Part shown: positions 12,520 to 23,894 of the stretch, in pieces
Layout: each line of letters opens with the position of its first letter
How positions within the stretch are numbered: position 1 is the stretch's first letter
NCBI GenBank assembly: GCA_040285825.1
Contig: JAUPSS010000003.1
Span: 3,348,001 to 3,412,000 of the forward strand
Length of the DNA stretch: 64,000 nt
Origin: Eukaryota sp. TZLM1-RC
Lineage: Eukaryota; Protista; Metamonada: BaSk clade
Direction: 5' to 3'
Notes under the pieces: model-generated
Databases searched by the model: none
Told to the model about the DNA's origin: nothing
Seen by the model: only the letters and a program-made list of their open reading frames with translations
Position numbers and translations under genes: made by a program

Positions 12520-13750
12520 CTGAACTTATTCAAAGTCATGTATTTTCATCATCTAATTTTGGTGGAATGAATTTCACTAAATCGTCTATTCTCTGTCAGG
12601 ATTCTTTTCTTGGTGGAGGGAAAATTTTGTTTTTGAATTTGGCAACCGTTTTCCCAATGATATTTATTTATTGAGTTTTACAAACAATAATTTTTCAGAG
12701 ACCTACAAAATGCTCTTGATTGCTTGCCCTCTGAATTTCAGAGTAAATGTTTTCCCGAGAACGTACAGGAAATACCATTTAGAACACTTGTTAATTTGAG
12801 GTATTGTGTTAAAAAATTGCAACAAAAGTTAACAATAATTTTTAAAGGCTTGGATTTTAATGTTCGTCTTGGCTCAACCAAAAAGATAATTCCGCTTTCG
12901 CAAATGTTTATTAGATGCCCAAAACAGCTCCTCTTCGTGTTTAATTACTCAGATTCTTCAAATTATTGGAAATATCTTCTTTTGAATAATACCGAATTTT
13001 CTTGTACAATGCGCATTCGTTGCTTTATTTGGCCCGATAACGTGCCTCATAATTTGATTTGTATATGTGGATCAAAAATTTCTCCAAATCATTTATTCAA
13101 TTTTAAACATTTTTATTATTTTCCGATCAAAAGTTCATGATGCGGTAAGAGATCAACTTTATTGTGTGTCAAAATCACATAGAATTGTTTCCTATTTAGA
13201 ACCATTACTTTCCCGTCTGGTTGATGAAGATACTTTGAATTCGTTTGGTCGAAATAGAGGTGATTTAATGCTTGAAGGTCTTGAAGGTACTACCATTATT
13301 ACAGATGTGAGATCGATCCACTGATGTTTGTAATGATTCCTTTATTCCAATGGCTAAATCAAAATATAAGGACCCCTTGACTGTTTCCGAAAAAGCCAAA
13401 ATTGACAAATACAAAGCAAAATTGTTATCCTTGAATGCAGAATCGCATACTCATTATGTCCTCTGTCCATTTGCAGTTTACCTTCATGGCACGCTTGATC
13501 CTCTTGCTTTGTCTTTTCTGGATGATTTTGTTGAAATTGTGAAACAGCGTACTGGAAGGGTTTTTGGCAAAACAGAATTGTATTTTCAATTTTCAAAGGT
13601 GTTGTTCCTTTATTGTCTTCAGCTTTGTTATCTCTTGGACACGTTTATCAAAGAAAAACCTCCAGTCAATTATACTTGGCTGATTTGGGTTATGAAGACA
13701 TAGAATTTTAACCTTGTCGTATAGTTTGTTTTGAAAGTAATAAAATGTTT
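12520..13750 (+). mobile_element. RLE non-LTR retrotransposon family B, 3' fragment (decayed)
   Basis: Fragments read ICICG..HLFN, RSKVHDAVRD, LEPLL, RGDL, TDVRS, KAKIDKYK, LCPFA. Ends near AATAAA. Confidence 0.85.
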
Positions 13751-14001
13751 ACAATAAAAAAAATGTTTGTACTCGAAAAAAATATTGTAAAGAACCTCCA
13801 AAAAATGTTTAAAAAACAATCGTGAATTCATAATTTTTTAAGATGTTCCAAATTCAACATGCCAGTCTTCTGAGATTTTCGATATTGTTCATTCGTAAAA
13901 GAGAAGCTAAGCGAAGGAATCAAGCAGATTTGTATTTTGTAGAACAAATCCTATTTCACGCAGGAGGGTGTTTTGATTGTGTGATAATTTAAACCTCATC
14001 A

Positions 14002-14355
14002 ATGGGTAAGAAGGCTGGTTCAAAAAAGAAATCTCCGCAAGAACACACCACTGCTCCTTCCACAAAGACAAAACAAGGCGGAACACATATTTATGTAAGA
14101 CACATTCTTTGCGAGAAACAAAGTAAGATACTAGAGGCACAGTCTCAACTGAACGCTGGGACTCAGTTCGATCAAGTTGCTCGTGACTTTAGTGAAGACA
14201 AAGCCCGTCAGGGTGGTCTACTTGGTTGGAAAACTCGACAAGATCTTCATGGGTCTTTCTCTAATGTGGCGTTTGATCTTCCTACTGGTACACCATCACC
14301 TGTTTTCAAGACTCCTTTTGGTTATCATATTTGTCTTGTAGAAAAGAGAAAATAA
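14002..14355 (+). CDS. PIN4: Parvulin-type peptidyl-prolyl isomerase PIN4/Par14
   Basis: Basic N-terminus, VRHILCEKQSKILEA, FSEDKARQGGLLGW, KTPFGYHI. Confidence 0.95.
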   Translation: MGKKAGSKKKSPQEHTTAPSTKTKQGGTHIYVRHILCEKQSKILEAQSQLNAGTQFDQVARDFSEDKARQGGLLGWKTRQDLHGSFSNVAFDLPTGTPSPVFKTPFGYHICLVEKRK

Positions 14356-14889
14356 ACAACCTTGGTTTGGTTCTGACAGAACTGTTCTGTATAGTATTCA
14401 AATTATGATGCTTCTCTATTGTATAAAACAATTTTATTCTTGACAATTGAGTAAATGTTAAGTGAAATACCAATAATTACAATCAAACTTTAATAAGGAT
14501 CCTTGATCAATTATGATAAGATGAACACCGCAATTATTATCATAAAGTAGTCTTGAAATGTTATCCATATATTTAAGCCTAATTTTAAAGACTGAAAATA
14601 CTGGCCTATAACTCCAGGATCGATCGAAACTTTCTCCAGCCACAATTTCGAATACAAGTACAAAACTAATTTTGCACAAGGACCAACACTTCCTTTAAGA
14701 GAAACAAGAATAGGTTTACGAATGAATCAGCATGACATTAAACCATTGATTGATCTCAGATACTATACTACTTGTAATAGCTAAATAGTAGGGTTTATCG
14801 TAATGAATTCAACAACAACATCAAGGAATCTTATAATCAAGTTTCTAAACAAACTGTGCCACTTGGTTTAACTGAATGGTTTTGAATAA

Positions 14890-16077
14890 TTAAAAACAAC
14901 TATATCTACATTTTATTAATTTGAGTCTAGGAAATTGAGCAGACAATGCATGTTCAGAGAACTGATCCTTTAAAACTGGGCCTTTAACAAACAAAGTCTT
15001 TACATTGAAGCAATTGTGAAACTCTAAATGTATCACCTGAAAAACTTCTAAAGAGAGAGTCTCAACAGAAGGGAATTGAATCAAATCAATTAAAAAAGGT
15101 TTGAAAACAGCAGAACTTACTTTTAGGTCAATATGGATGAGCTTGGGGGCTGAGCAATTAGCAAAATTCTCGGCGAAAGAGCCAATAACTTCAGCATCAG
15201 AATTGCAACACATAGCAACAAGATTTTTGAAGTGGAGATTATTAGCTTGAACAAAAGAGTTGATTTTTAAAAATCTTAGTCTAGAAAGGGAAATTTCATC
15301 AATCATTAATTGATTGGGAACACTATAATTGACAGACAATTTCTTTAAAGATGGTAGCATTTCCAATTGGACCGCAGAAGAAATGTCAATTCTTATTAAC
15401 CTTACGAAATCCAAAATTAGAAAGCAATTGATTCTATTTCCAAGCGATAATTTAACAAGATTTGGAAAATGGTCGACAAAATTAGGGAAGACATTTGATG
15501 CAGCAATGGAGAGCGATTTTAAAGAAGTGATGCTGGACTCCCCTTCAAATGATTCCTCCCACGTTACCCCAAACATGGACAACTCCTCGATGAGTGGAAA
15601 CAAGTTAAACAGAGTGTAGGAACATGCACAGCAAACAAGCGAGACTTTTTTGACAAACGGTAAAACAAGACCATCAACCACAGGTACATCACAATGAAAA
15701 TGAAGACTAAACACCTTGATTGGTAAATTTGAAAAAACGCTTGTAATGCGGTCAGTTGAAAAGAGCGTTAATGAAGAGAGATTTCCACACTTTTGAATGT
15801 CAATGTTGTCATTCTGATCAATACAAATGGTCTGACATTGAGGTAACAAAGGCACAAGCTCAGGACCGATTCTGGAACATTGAAGCGTTGCAATTCTGTA
15901 GTAATATACACCCCATAAAAACAAATAGTCAAGAGATTGAGGAAACGAGATGGGACAGCCAAACTGATAAACACTTGTGAAGTAAAGGTGAAAGAACCGT
16001 CTGCTGACACGATAAACAGACACCTTTGAGGAAAGATTTTTCAAAACAGCGGAGAGGAGTTCGTCTGAGAAATACAT
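14890..16077 (-). CDS. F-box-like / leucine-rich repeat protein
   Basis: 395 aa. N-terminal FSDELLSAVLKNL..RVSRRF resembles an F-box. Degenerate LRRs (FPNLVKLSL, LPSLKKLSV, FPSVETLSL). Confidence 0.65.
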   Translation of the reverse strand: MYFSDELLSAVLKNLSSKVSVYRVSRRFFHLYFTSVYQFGCPISFPQSLDYLFLWGVYYYRIATLQCSRIGPELVPLLPQCQTICIDQNDNIDIQKCGNLSSLTLFSTDRITSVFSNLPIKVFSLHFHCDVPVVDGLVLPFVKKVSLVCCACSYTLFNLFPLIEELSMFGVTWEESFEGESSITSLKSLSIAASNVFPNFVDHFPNLVKLSLGNRINCFLILDFVRLIRIDISSAVQLEMLPSLKKLSVNYSVPNQLMIDEISLSRLRFLKINSFVQANNLHFKNLVAMCCNSDAEVIGSFAENFANCSAPKLIHIDLKVSSAVFKPFLIDLIQFPSVETLSLEVFQVIHLEFHNCFNVKTLFVKGPVLKDQFSEHALSAQFPRLKLIKCRYSCF

Positions 16078-16092
16078 TGAAATAGATCAAAA

Positions 16093-16445
16093 TTATATCT
16101 TGCAAGTGCTCTTGAATATAAAGTGAAAGAACAACATAGAAAAAATGACAAAGATATTGAAGAAGCTAATGCTGATAGAAATAGAGCACTTGCTTTTATT
16201 GTTTTCCCATTTTCTATAAACGGAAGATTATCAGTAGAAGCAGGAAATTTTTCGAATAATCTCCACTATAAGGTTCAAGAAAAAACAATGAAAAGATTTG
16301 AATATCTCTGCTGTGTGAATTCAATTCGCCATTCTTAACACACTACCAGGGATTATCGGACAAAAAAGAGAAGCTATAGCGAGAAAGAAAGCAGGCCGGG
16401 ATTTTGTAGCACAAATCATGGCACAATGAATATCGTATTTTTAGC
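16093..16445 (+). mobile_element. Diverged 3' fragment of family A retrotransposon
   Basis: KEQHRKNDKDIEEANADRN..FPFSINGRLSVEA matches the family A C-terminus. Confidence 0.85.
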
Positions 16446-16700
16446 TTGTTCTAATTCAATTTTGAAATTCTGCTTTGCTCTTTTCCTACTTTATCCTAGT
16501 TTTGAAGTCTGTTTTGAGTGCAACATAAGAGGAATCAATACAACTGATATTCCTCAAATGTTCAACTATTAAAACAATTAATGTTACTTAGTCATGATTT
16601 TTGTTCAACATTACTGAATGTGCAAAAAAGGTAAAGAATTGAAAACTATTTGTTTATAGAAATAATGTAATTAATATAGTACAGAAAAAACAACGCTAAG

Positions 16701-18029
16701 CTACAGAATTTCAAAGGGTAGAACCTTACCTCTACTTGATAAGTAATGGGTTTCGTGCCAGACTTCCCTTTGCGGTGCTCCCTTTTCCTGATGAAGGTGT
16801 CCATTCCCCCACCAAACAAATAAAACTTGGGCAAATTTTTGCTCAAGTTCATTAAATTTTAGAGGTGGGATCATGTAGGGATCAGTAATGTCGATATCCA
16901 AAACTGAGAATTTCTTTGGAAGAGTAGCATGAACCACTTTTGGTAAAAACAAATCATTCTTTAATGGCAACAAAAGATCTTCCAATTTAATCAAAGTAGA
17001 ACCTGCAATGTCTATTAAATCTAAGTGGGGAGACTTTGTAAAAAATTCAATTAATTCCAAATTAAAACATCCCGATGCCACCAGTACTTCAAGATTGGGC
17101 AAATTCAAGCAGATATTAGAAAACTTGCTCAAAGAAACATCTAAATATTTGATTTTTGGACATATAGTTAATGCAGAGGCTAAACATGAAGAGGAACCTT
17201 GAAACGAGGCCATCAGTAGCACGCGCAATTCAGGTAAATCACCCCCAAGCCCATTAATATTGGAGAAGGACAGATCAAGCCTTTTTAAGTTCGGTAATTC
17301 TATATTAGGGTGATTCAAATTCGGACAATTGCTCAGCCGCACTTCATAGAGGCTTGGTAGAGCATACAGAAAGCCTAAACCTTCATCAGTAATGGACAGT
17401 GAGGAAGAAAGATCTAATAGTCGTAAAAACTGACCGCTTTGGAAAACAGAAACGTTGGTCAATCTTGAACAACCAGTAATTGTCAGGGCCTTTAAAGAAG
17501 AATTTGAAGGAATTTTGAGCTTTTCCATTACGTGACAATGGCTGACTTCAAGAGACTTCATATTAGGATAGTTAGATAAAATCTGGGAAAATTCATTGTC
17601 AGCGTTGGAACAACATCGATGGAAAAGAGGGAGAGACCTCATGGAAGCGGACATGGAAGACTTTGGAGATGAAGGGGAAGAAGGAACAATAGCGGACGGA
17701 CAGTTAGAAAAGGATAAGTTTTGAAGTGAAGAAGCCCTTGAGATTAAAGTGGAAGGACGTGTTGAGAGCTTGGGTAGAGAGTGGAGTTTAAGTGTGGTGA
17801 GGGAAGGTAAATGGAGGTCCAGCATATAGAGATCTGCACAATATGAGATGAAAAGGAAGGATAGAGAGGGATGGCGCAGGACTGCTACACGAAGACAATT
17901 GCATTCGGATATCGAGAGAGTCTTTAAATTTGGGAGATGCGAGATTGTTGTAGACAGCAAATGATCATCCAAGGGAGACAAATGGAGGTTGAGATCTTCT
18001 ACATCAGGATCTGCAGTGGTGTTGTCCAT
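16701..18029 (-). CDS. Leucine-rich repeat protein (cysteine-containing, FBXL/AMN1-like repeats)
   Basis: 442 aa with repeated LPNLKTLSISEC, LRLLDLSSSLSITDEGL, LPNLKRLDLSFS. Confidence 0.8.
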   Translation of the reverse strand: MDNTTADPDVEDLNLHLSPLDDHLLSTTISHLPNLKTLSISECNCLRVAVLRHPSLSFLFISYCADLYMLDLHLPSLTTLKLHSLPKLSTRPSTLISRASSLQNLSFSNCPSAIVPSSPSSPKSSMSASMRSLPLFHRCCSNADNEFSQILSNYPNMKSLEVSHCHVMEKLKIPSNSSLKALTITGCSRLTNVSVFQSGQFLRLLDLSSSLSITDEGLGFLYALPSLYEVRLSNCPNLNHPNIELPNLKRLDLSFSNINGLGGDLPELRVLLMASFQGSSSCLASALTICPKIKYLDVSLSKFSNICLNLPNLEVLVASGCFNLELIEFFTKSPHLDLIDIAGSTLIKLEDLLLPLKNDLFLPKVVHATLPKKFSVLDIDITDPYMIPPLKFNELEQKFAQVLFVWWGNGHLHQEKGAPQREVWHETHYLSSRGKVLPFEIL

Positions 18030-18099
18030 GATGGTTGGTTGGAATCAAGAATTTTGATAAAATGAACGAAAATGTTATACGTGTTTTTTTTAGGATAAA

Positions 18100-19776
18100 T
18101 TTATTTTCAACGCTAACAAAACATTAAACAAAAAACTAGAACTCAATATCCTCAATACACGCATCAACATCATCAAATCTTTTAAGCGCGCGATTTTCAT
18201 ACTCTATTCCTAATTGTAACAGTGCTTTGGTCAACATTTCTGGAATTGCTTTAAGAATACTGAAAACAATTCTATTGTGCCAGAAATTGAAGTTCAATTC
18301 TTTTCCTGCTCTTTCTTTTATTAAACTTCTGAAACCTTCAAGAAATTTAATGCCAGATATTCCAATGTTACCAAAAAGAGAAACAGCAAATGGAACCAAC
18401 TGATACTTAACATGCTCAACACGTCCTAGCTGAGATAAGGGTTCATTGTACTTTCTGATTTTGCTCTTTTCAGCAAAGCAAAGTGGAGTTTCATCTCTTT
18501 TAGCAAAGTCAATTGCTGAGTCTTTACAAACATCAACAGTGACAACATCAACAACTTTAATAACACCATCAGACGCAGGGGTAATTAAATCAGCACGGCG
18601 TTTCCCAAAAGTATTTTCATTTTCATTTTCAGATGACAACCTTCGCACAAGTGGTTCAACAAAAGCTTCAATGTGATGGCTTTTGCACATAGCGTATAGT
18701 TGGTCTCTAACAGCATCGTGAACAACTGAGCGATATGTAATATTAAATTTGCAATTAAATAAATGATTCAGATTAATGAGCTGACCACAACGACAAATCA
18801 AATCATTTGGCACACTACATGGCCACAGGAAACACCTCATCCTGAAGGCAGTTGTCCATTGATGATCATTTAATAATAGACCATATACATTTGGAATCTG
18901 GGAAATAAGACAACTTGAGCTACTATCCTTGAGGTCAATTAAAAAGTTTGCAAAAACGGGATTTTTTTCTTTAGCCAAGCTAAGACGAACAGTGAAATCC
19001 AAGTTTTCAAAAACTTTTAATATCTTTTTCTGCAATTTAGCATATGCAAATTTCAAGGAAATCAAACTCCTGGGTGGAATTTCTTGAATATCAGCAGGAA
19101 AGCATTTGGACCATATGTGAGGAGAGATGCATTCAATTTCATTCTGCAAGGACACTAAATAGTCACTAACACAACATTCTATCAAATGCTGGTTTTCAGG
19201 AAAACGTTTCAAAAATTCAAAAACGAAATTTTTTCCTCCACCGATGAATGCGGCTTTACACAAATATTTTGATTTGTGAAAATCCAGGCCTCCCAATTCT
19301 GTGCTACAAAAAAATATGACTACGTAAAAAGAAGAATCAATATCGAGCAAATTAGCCAAAATTTTGTTCTTAATTCATTAAAAATTCTGCAAAATTCGAG
19401 AGAAATAGATGGTGATGTTGATCGTAAAATATGAGTAAATTTCCCTGAATAACAAATTCTGAGGAAGAAAAATTTAAGATGTTTTTCAATATTTAAATCT
19501 GAAAGAACCATCAATTCTTCTTCAAAATTATCCAAAAGAGAGGAAAGTTGATTTCGAATTTCATCAAAGTTGCCTAAATAACAACCTAAAAGACGAAATC
19601 CTGATTCAAAATAATTGATAAAAGGAACACTTTGACCATCAATAATGAAATCAGCAGGCTCTCTACCAATCAATAAACATTTGGAAATATTTAGAGAAAG
19701 ACCAATTTCATAATAGCGCTGTTGAACAATTTCAGCAATTGTTCTCAATGAATCAATTGGACCAATTATTGATACG
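18100..19776 (-). mobile_element. RLE non-LTR retrotransposon family C, 3' half (frameshifted)
   Basis: Begins just after the RT YxDD motif (..VSIIGPIDSLRTIA), then GLSLNISKC, LGGLDF, CRCG..HLFNC, HDAVRD, VEP, RRADL, DVVTVD, KIRKY. Confidence 0.9.
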
Positions 19777-20435
19777 TGTTATACGTGTGTAAATTTGTGT
19801 TATCCATGTGCATAAACTTTCGACTTCACCTCTCCAAACTTACAAAAATTACATCTTCCTTTATTGCATCTATCTATTAGGACATGTAGAACGATAGTGA
19901 CCTTCTCTGTCGTATAATTGCCCAAATGAGTTACTTCATCAATCTTAAACTTAATGAAATGCTGATAGTACACCAACCAGCCTTTTATATAAGTAACCAC
20001 TTCATCAAACAATTGTTGAGTTTCCGTGGGTTCTTGGTCCTGTTGAACAGAATATTGAATTTTCAAAAATTCTTGGGCACATTCGTACTCTTGTTCGGTG
20101 GTGCTATTGACTAAAATCATCCAGTCTCTCCAAAATTCATCCTATAAATCTTCTCTTGTTGCAGATTTGAAAACTTGGATGTTTCGGTTGATGTGTCACA
20201 GGCATAAGATGTTTAAGCTTTGAGGAAAGAGCATTTTAATGGAGTTCATTAGCGCCAGTTCACGATCTGTAATAATGGCAGCAGGGCTTACTCCAAATAT
20301 TTCAACGTACGTTGATAAAGCAAAAAAGTAATAGTCAGTTCGTTCTCTTTAAGGATGCACACGGATAACACAAATTTGCACACGGATCACAAGTGCACAC
20401 GGATAACACAAATTTGCACACGTATGACATCACCC
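19777..20435 (-). mobile_element. Internally deleted Mutator-like (MULE) DNA transposon with TIRs
   Basis: Left TGTTATACGTGTGTAAATTTGTGTTATCCATGTGCAT (19777-19813) is inverted relative to 20355-20435, where the unit is tandemly repeated. The minus strand encodes IITDRELALMNSIKMLFPQSLNILCL*HINRN..HLGNYTT, which are MULE DDE transposase motifs. Confidence 0.85.
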
Positions 20436-20760
20436 TAAAATGAATTTAACAACAATAGTTGACTTATACAAAAAGTTAAGACGACAACAGGATCAAAGAG
20501 ATAGCAAGGCCTTAAACATCAAACTTTATCATTCGGCCAGAGCTGATACTTGGAACATTATTTTAAAACACAGAAGCCTTGAATAATACACCGTGGATTG
20601 AAATTTTTCTTATCTCCATTACAAATTAATATACCAACCAAATGAACACCAACTAAATTGATCATAAGGTGAGTTACCATGACTATAGGCATGGATCGAC
20701 AATAAATTATCAAAAAAATATTTATCAAAAACAAATATAATTCCAGAACTAAATAACAAA
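20436..20760. repeat. Dispersed non-coding repeat, copy 1
   Basis: Strongly similar to 42156-42446 (e.g. CGGCCAGAGCTGATACTTGGAACATTATTTTAAAACAC). Confidence 0.85.
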
Positions 20761-20964
20761 TGGTATGACAACAGAATCTTTACAACATAGCAAGATTGTA
20801 AGAATTTTAGCAAGAATTTTGAAAGTTAAAAATGAGTCTATATCGCTGAGCAATCATAATCAGCTGCTCCAAAAATACCAAGAATACAGCTTTAAAATAC
20901 AAAAATACAAAAATACTTAAATACATAAAAAATACTGTATCTGCATTTTTCCACTTTACGATAA

Positions 20965-22283
20965 TAACTTCATAACTGATGGGACGAAATTCATTGAACC
21001 AAGATTTTCTCTATAGAATCTTGATCTGCTTGCTGTCTAGCTAAAGCTCCTCTTATTCGATGGAAAAACTGAGGTAGTCTATTAATAATGGCAAATTGAA
21101 TTCGCCATAAAAAGATATCAATTCTTTTCATTGTTTTTTCTTGAACCATTTTTTGGAAATCATTCAAAAAAATTCCTGCTTCTACTGATAGTCTTCCGTT
21201 AATAAAAAATAGGAAAGCAATTAAAACAAGTGGTGTATTTCTACCAGTATTAGCTTCTTCGATATCTTTGTCTCATTTGCTATGTTTTTTTGGCTTTAAA
21301 TTCGAAAACATCCACATGATTAAGTTTTTGATGGTCTAGGCTGTTGGTTATGTGACATACAGTAGATTTAATGTAATTTATTACAAAGAGGAATTGTTTT
21401 CTCTCTTCTTGTACCAATAGGCGGAAACTAATTAAACTAATTATTATACTAAAGCTATTAATACTGTTCAAGACTAACATTTTCTTCTTTGAACCAAAGT
21501 GTAATTTGCAACATTATAGGAGACAAAGTCAACAACAGTTTCAGATGTCTCTATCCAATCACAGTATATAACACCTCTATCATCAAACCAAAATTATTCA
21601 ATGGCAGTGTTTGTTTCAGCAGAGGCTCTTTGATAGACGAAATTCTTGCAGTTTGTGCCGTATTAAAAACAGTGTCTCTAACAGCATCATGTGTTATCAA
21701 TTTCGAACAATTCAGAGCATGATGCAAAGTGAGTTGATGTGAAATCGAACAAATACATTATTCTTTTAATAATAATTGATTAATGGGAATATTCAAATAT
21801 AATCTCATATTTATTACAAACGCTTCATTATTCGAACATAATCCAAATTTTCGTGGCACAATGGTCACAAACAGTGAAGAATCTGATGACTGGGTTTCAC
21901 AATCACCTTTTCCACTAACAATGAGTGAATATCTTGATTTACAACAGCCAAGCTGCACATATTATTAAAAAGATCATTTTCATACATTCCAGTCAATCGT
22001 TTCTGTTATGTTCGAAGAGTGTATTTCAAATTTAAAAAATTCTTTTCAAGTATATTGTCATTGAATGATTGGGGAAAGCATCGACTCCATTTTTCTACAT
22101 CGATTTTTGAAATTTCTTCATTTAATGCAAAAATAGTAGAACTTTGCGTTGTCATTAATAAATCTTCCCAATCTGCAAATCTTTCAGAAAACTCACAAAT
22201 TGTACTTCTGCATCCACCGATAAAAGCACACGAAGGAAGAATAGAAGCCTTTGTCCAACCTAAACCGCAATAATGTGGACTAA
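20965..22283 (-). mobile_element. Old decayed family A retrotransposon copy, interrupted by a solo LTR
   Basis: GLGWTKASIL, FVTIVPRKFGLC and the 3' UTR are homologous to copy 1. Many indels. Confidence 0.88.
21329..21479 (-). mobile_element. Solo LTR (151 bp) with 4-bp TSD
   Basis: Minus strand TGTTAGTCTTGAA...GACCATCA, flanked by AAAA/AAAA. The 5' half resembles the LTR at 62612-62793 (TTCCGCCTATT..AAGAAGAG..ACAATTCC). Confidence 0.82.
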
Positions 22284-22666
22284 GAACCAAATGCAATATC
22301 GAAAACAAAGAGAACTTGAAAAGGATGAATTGGGCAACTAAAAAGTTCGACAAGTAGTTCCATGGGGTTTGAGGCAGTGTAATCAATCCAAAACGATGTG
22401 GAATCGATATACTAATTCTGCAATAAATTATTCTGATGTTGGCTGCAGACATTTTCGATGGAAGACAGAGAAATCAGAGGTGTTCAAGAAACAACAGTCT
22501 CGAACCAATGTTATTGAACCCACTGATGCAAGCCTGAAAGAAGTTGGAAAGGATTCTGAAGGTGATGATATACCGATGAGTCTGATTCTACAACCAAAAG
22601 TCAATACATTGATACGAGTAGCGAAAGCGAAAAAAACTTGGACTATCAAGCTTGGATTTATTTGCT

Positions 22667-23854
22667 TTAAACATACTTCCTACCGACATACTTACTAGTG
22701 AAAGCCTTGAGCAATGTTGAATAATTAATACCAAATGTCAAAGTATCTCCAACAACCATACTTTTACCGGAATTAGTGACATCAACTATCAAATGATCTG
22801 AGCTTGCACCCAAAATTTCAACACCTTCATCCAAGGGAACCAAATTTTCACAATCAGCATCCTGCTCACCGAGAGCTAATATGGCTCTTTTTACCATTCC
22901 ATTATCCTTCGGAGGGGAAGGCGTTTCACCAAATGCATTCATACCAATGGTTCCAGTAGGTATACTGGGTTTCGTTCGAAGTTCAACAATTTCAGCCTCA
23001 ATAGTGAATGCATCAGAGACACAACCGTTGATTAGCTTACCAAAGGCACACTCACGACCCAGCAACAGGGATTCACCTAGGCGCAAGTTGTTAATGAAAG
23101 GGGGAAGACTACCAGCTTCCAACAAGTAAAAAGAGGAAGAATTACCGCCTGAGATAATCTCCAAATCACAGTATTTGCTTACCTAGAGTTACGATTAGGG
23201 TTGTGGACTTACCTTGTTGGCAATGTCAGCCAGTTTACCGAGGTTAGTTTCATCAGGGAGTACACCTCCATAACATGTAAGATTTACACCAATTCCTGTA
23301 AGAGAAATATTTTCAAGTTTCTTGACAACATTTGGGAAGGAACCAGTGATTCCCGAACTTTGAGAATGATCAACAAGCTCTGATGATACTGTTGTTGAGT
23401 TAGCGAAGTAAGGAATCATGGAAAACAGTTCCTCTTCGTGCATTCCTTCCCGGAGATCACCAAGTTCCAGCATGAGGATAACATTGTGAACCTTATGGAA
23501 CATCTTGGCAGATGCATTCAAGGCAACAAGAGTTTCCCATTCTGAAACTAGACTATAGTCGACAGTCTCAACGACCTGGTTGATCTCCGAAATCATAGGA
23601 ATACGTAGATGAAGGAGCTTGATAGAGGGAAAAGTCCTTCTTAACTCTATTAGATTTTGGATACGACTATCAGCCAGCATGTCAAATCCGGCGTTTATGA
23701 GGGTTTCTGCCACTTTTGGGTCAGCACAAACACCCTTAGTGACAGCACAAGGTTGAACCTTGTGCTTTCTACATGTACTCAGAATGTTGGTCGCATTTGA
23801 GTGAACCTTGCTCAAGGAGATGAGCAAGGAGGGAAGTACGGTTGAGGTTACCAT
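22667..23854 (-). CDS. PLP-dependent alanine/ornithine racemase family protein, bacterial type (2 exons, 385 aa)
   Basis: VTKGVC (PLP lysine), ADSRIQNL, LRIP, ELGDLREG, NLTCYGGVLP, ISGGNSSS, NLRLGE, KPSIP, GASSDHL. A 30-nt intron at 23183-23212 joins ORFs 23195-23854 and 22667-23164 in frame. Confidence 0.92.
23183..23212 (-). other. 30-nt spliceosomal intron in the racemase gene
   Basis: GTAAGTCCACAACCCTAATCGTAACTCTAG. Contains an in-frame stop; removal gives IANK|VSKYCDLEIISGGNSS. Confidence 0.9.
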
Positions 23855-23894
23855 AAAATTAACTAAGGAGATGGGAAAGAATTGTTATCACACT

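Noticed and set aside
20355-20425. CRISPR-like repeat array
   Set aside because: Only two units with a few nt between them. They form the MULE TIR in a eukaryotic context.
22284-22660. Plus-strand ORF 22369-22698 as a zinc-finger or recombinase fragment
   Set aside because: No complete motif, no ATG start at the ORF boundary, and it overlaps the racemase 3' end.
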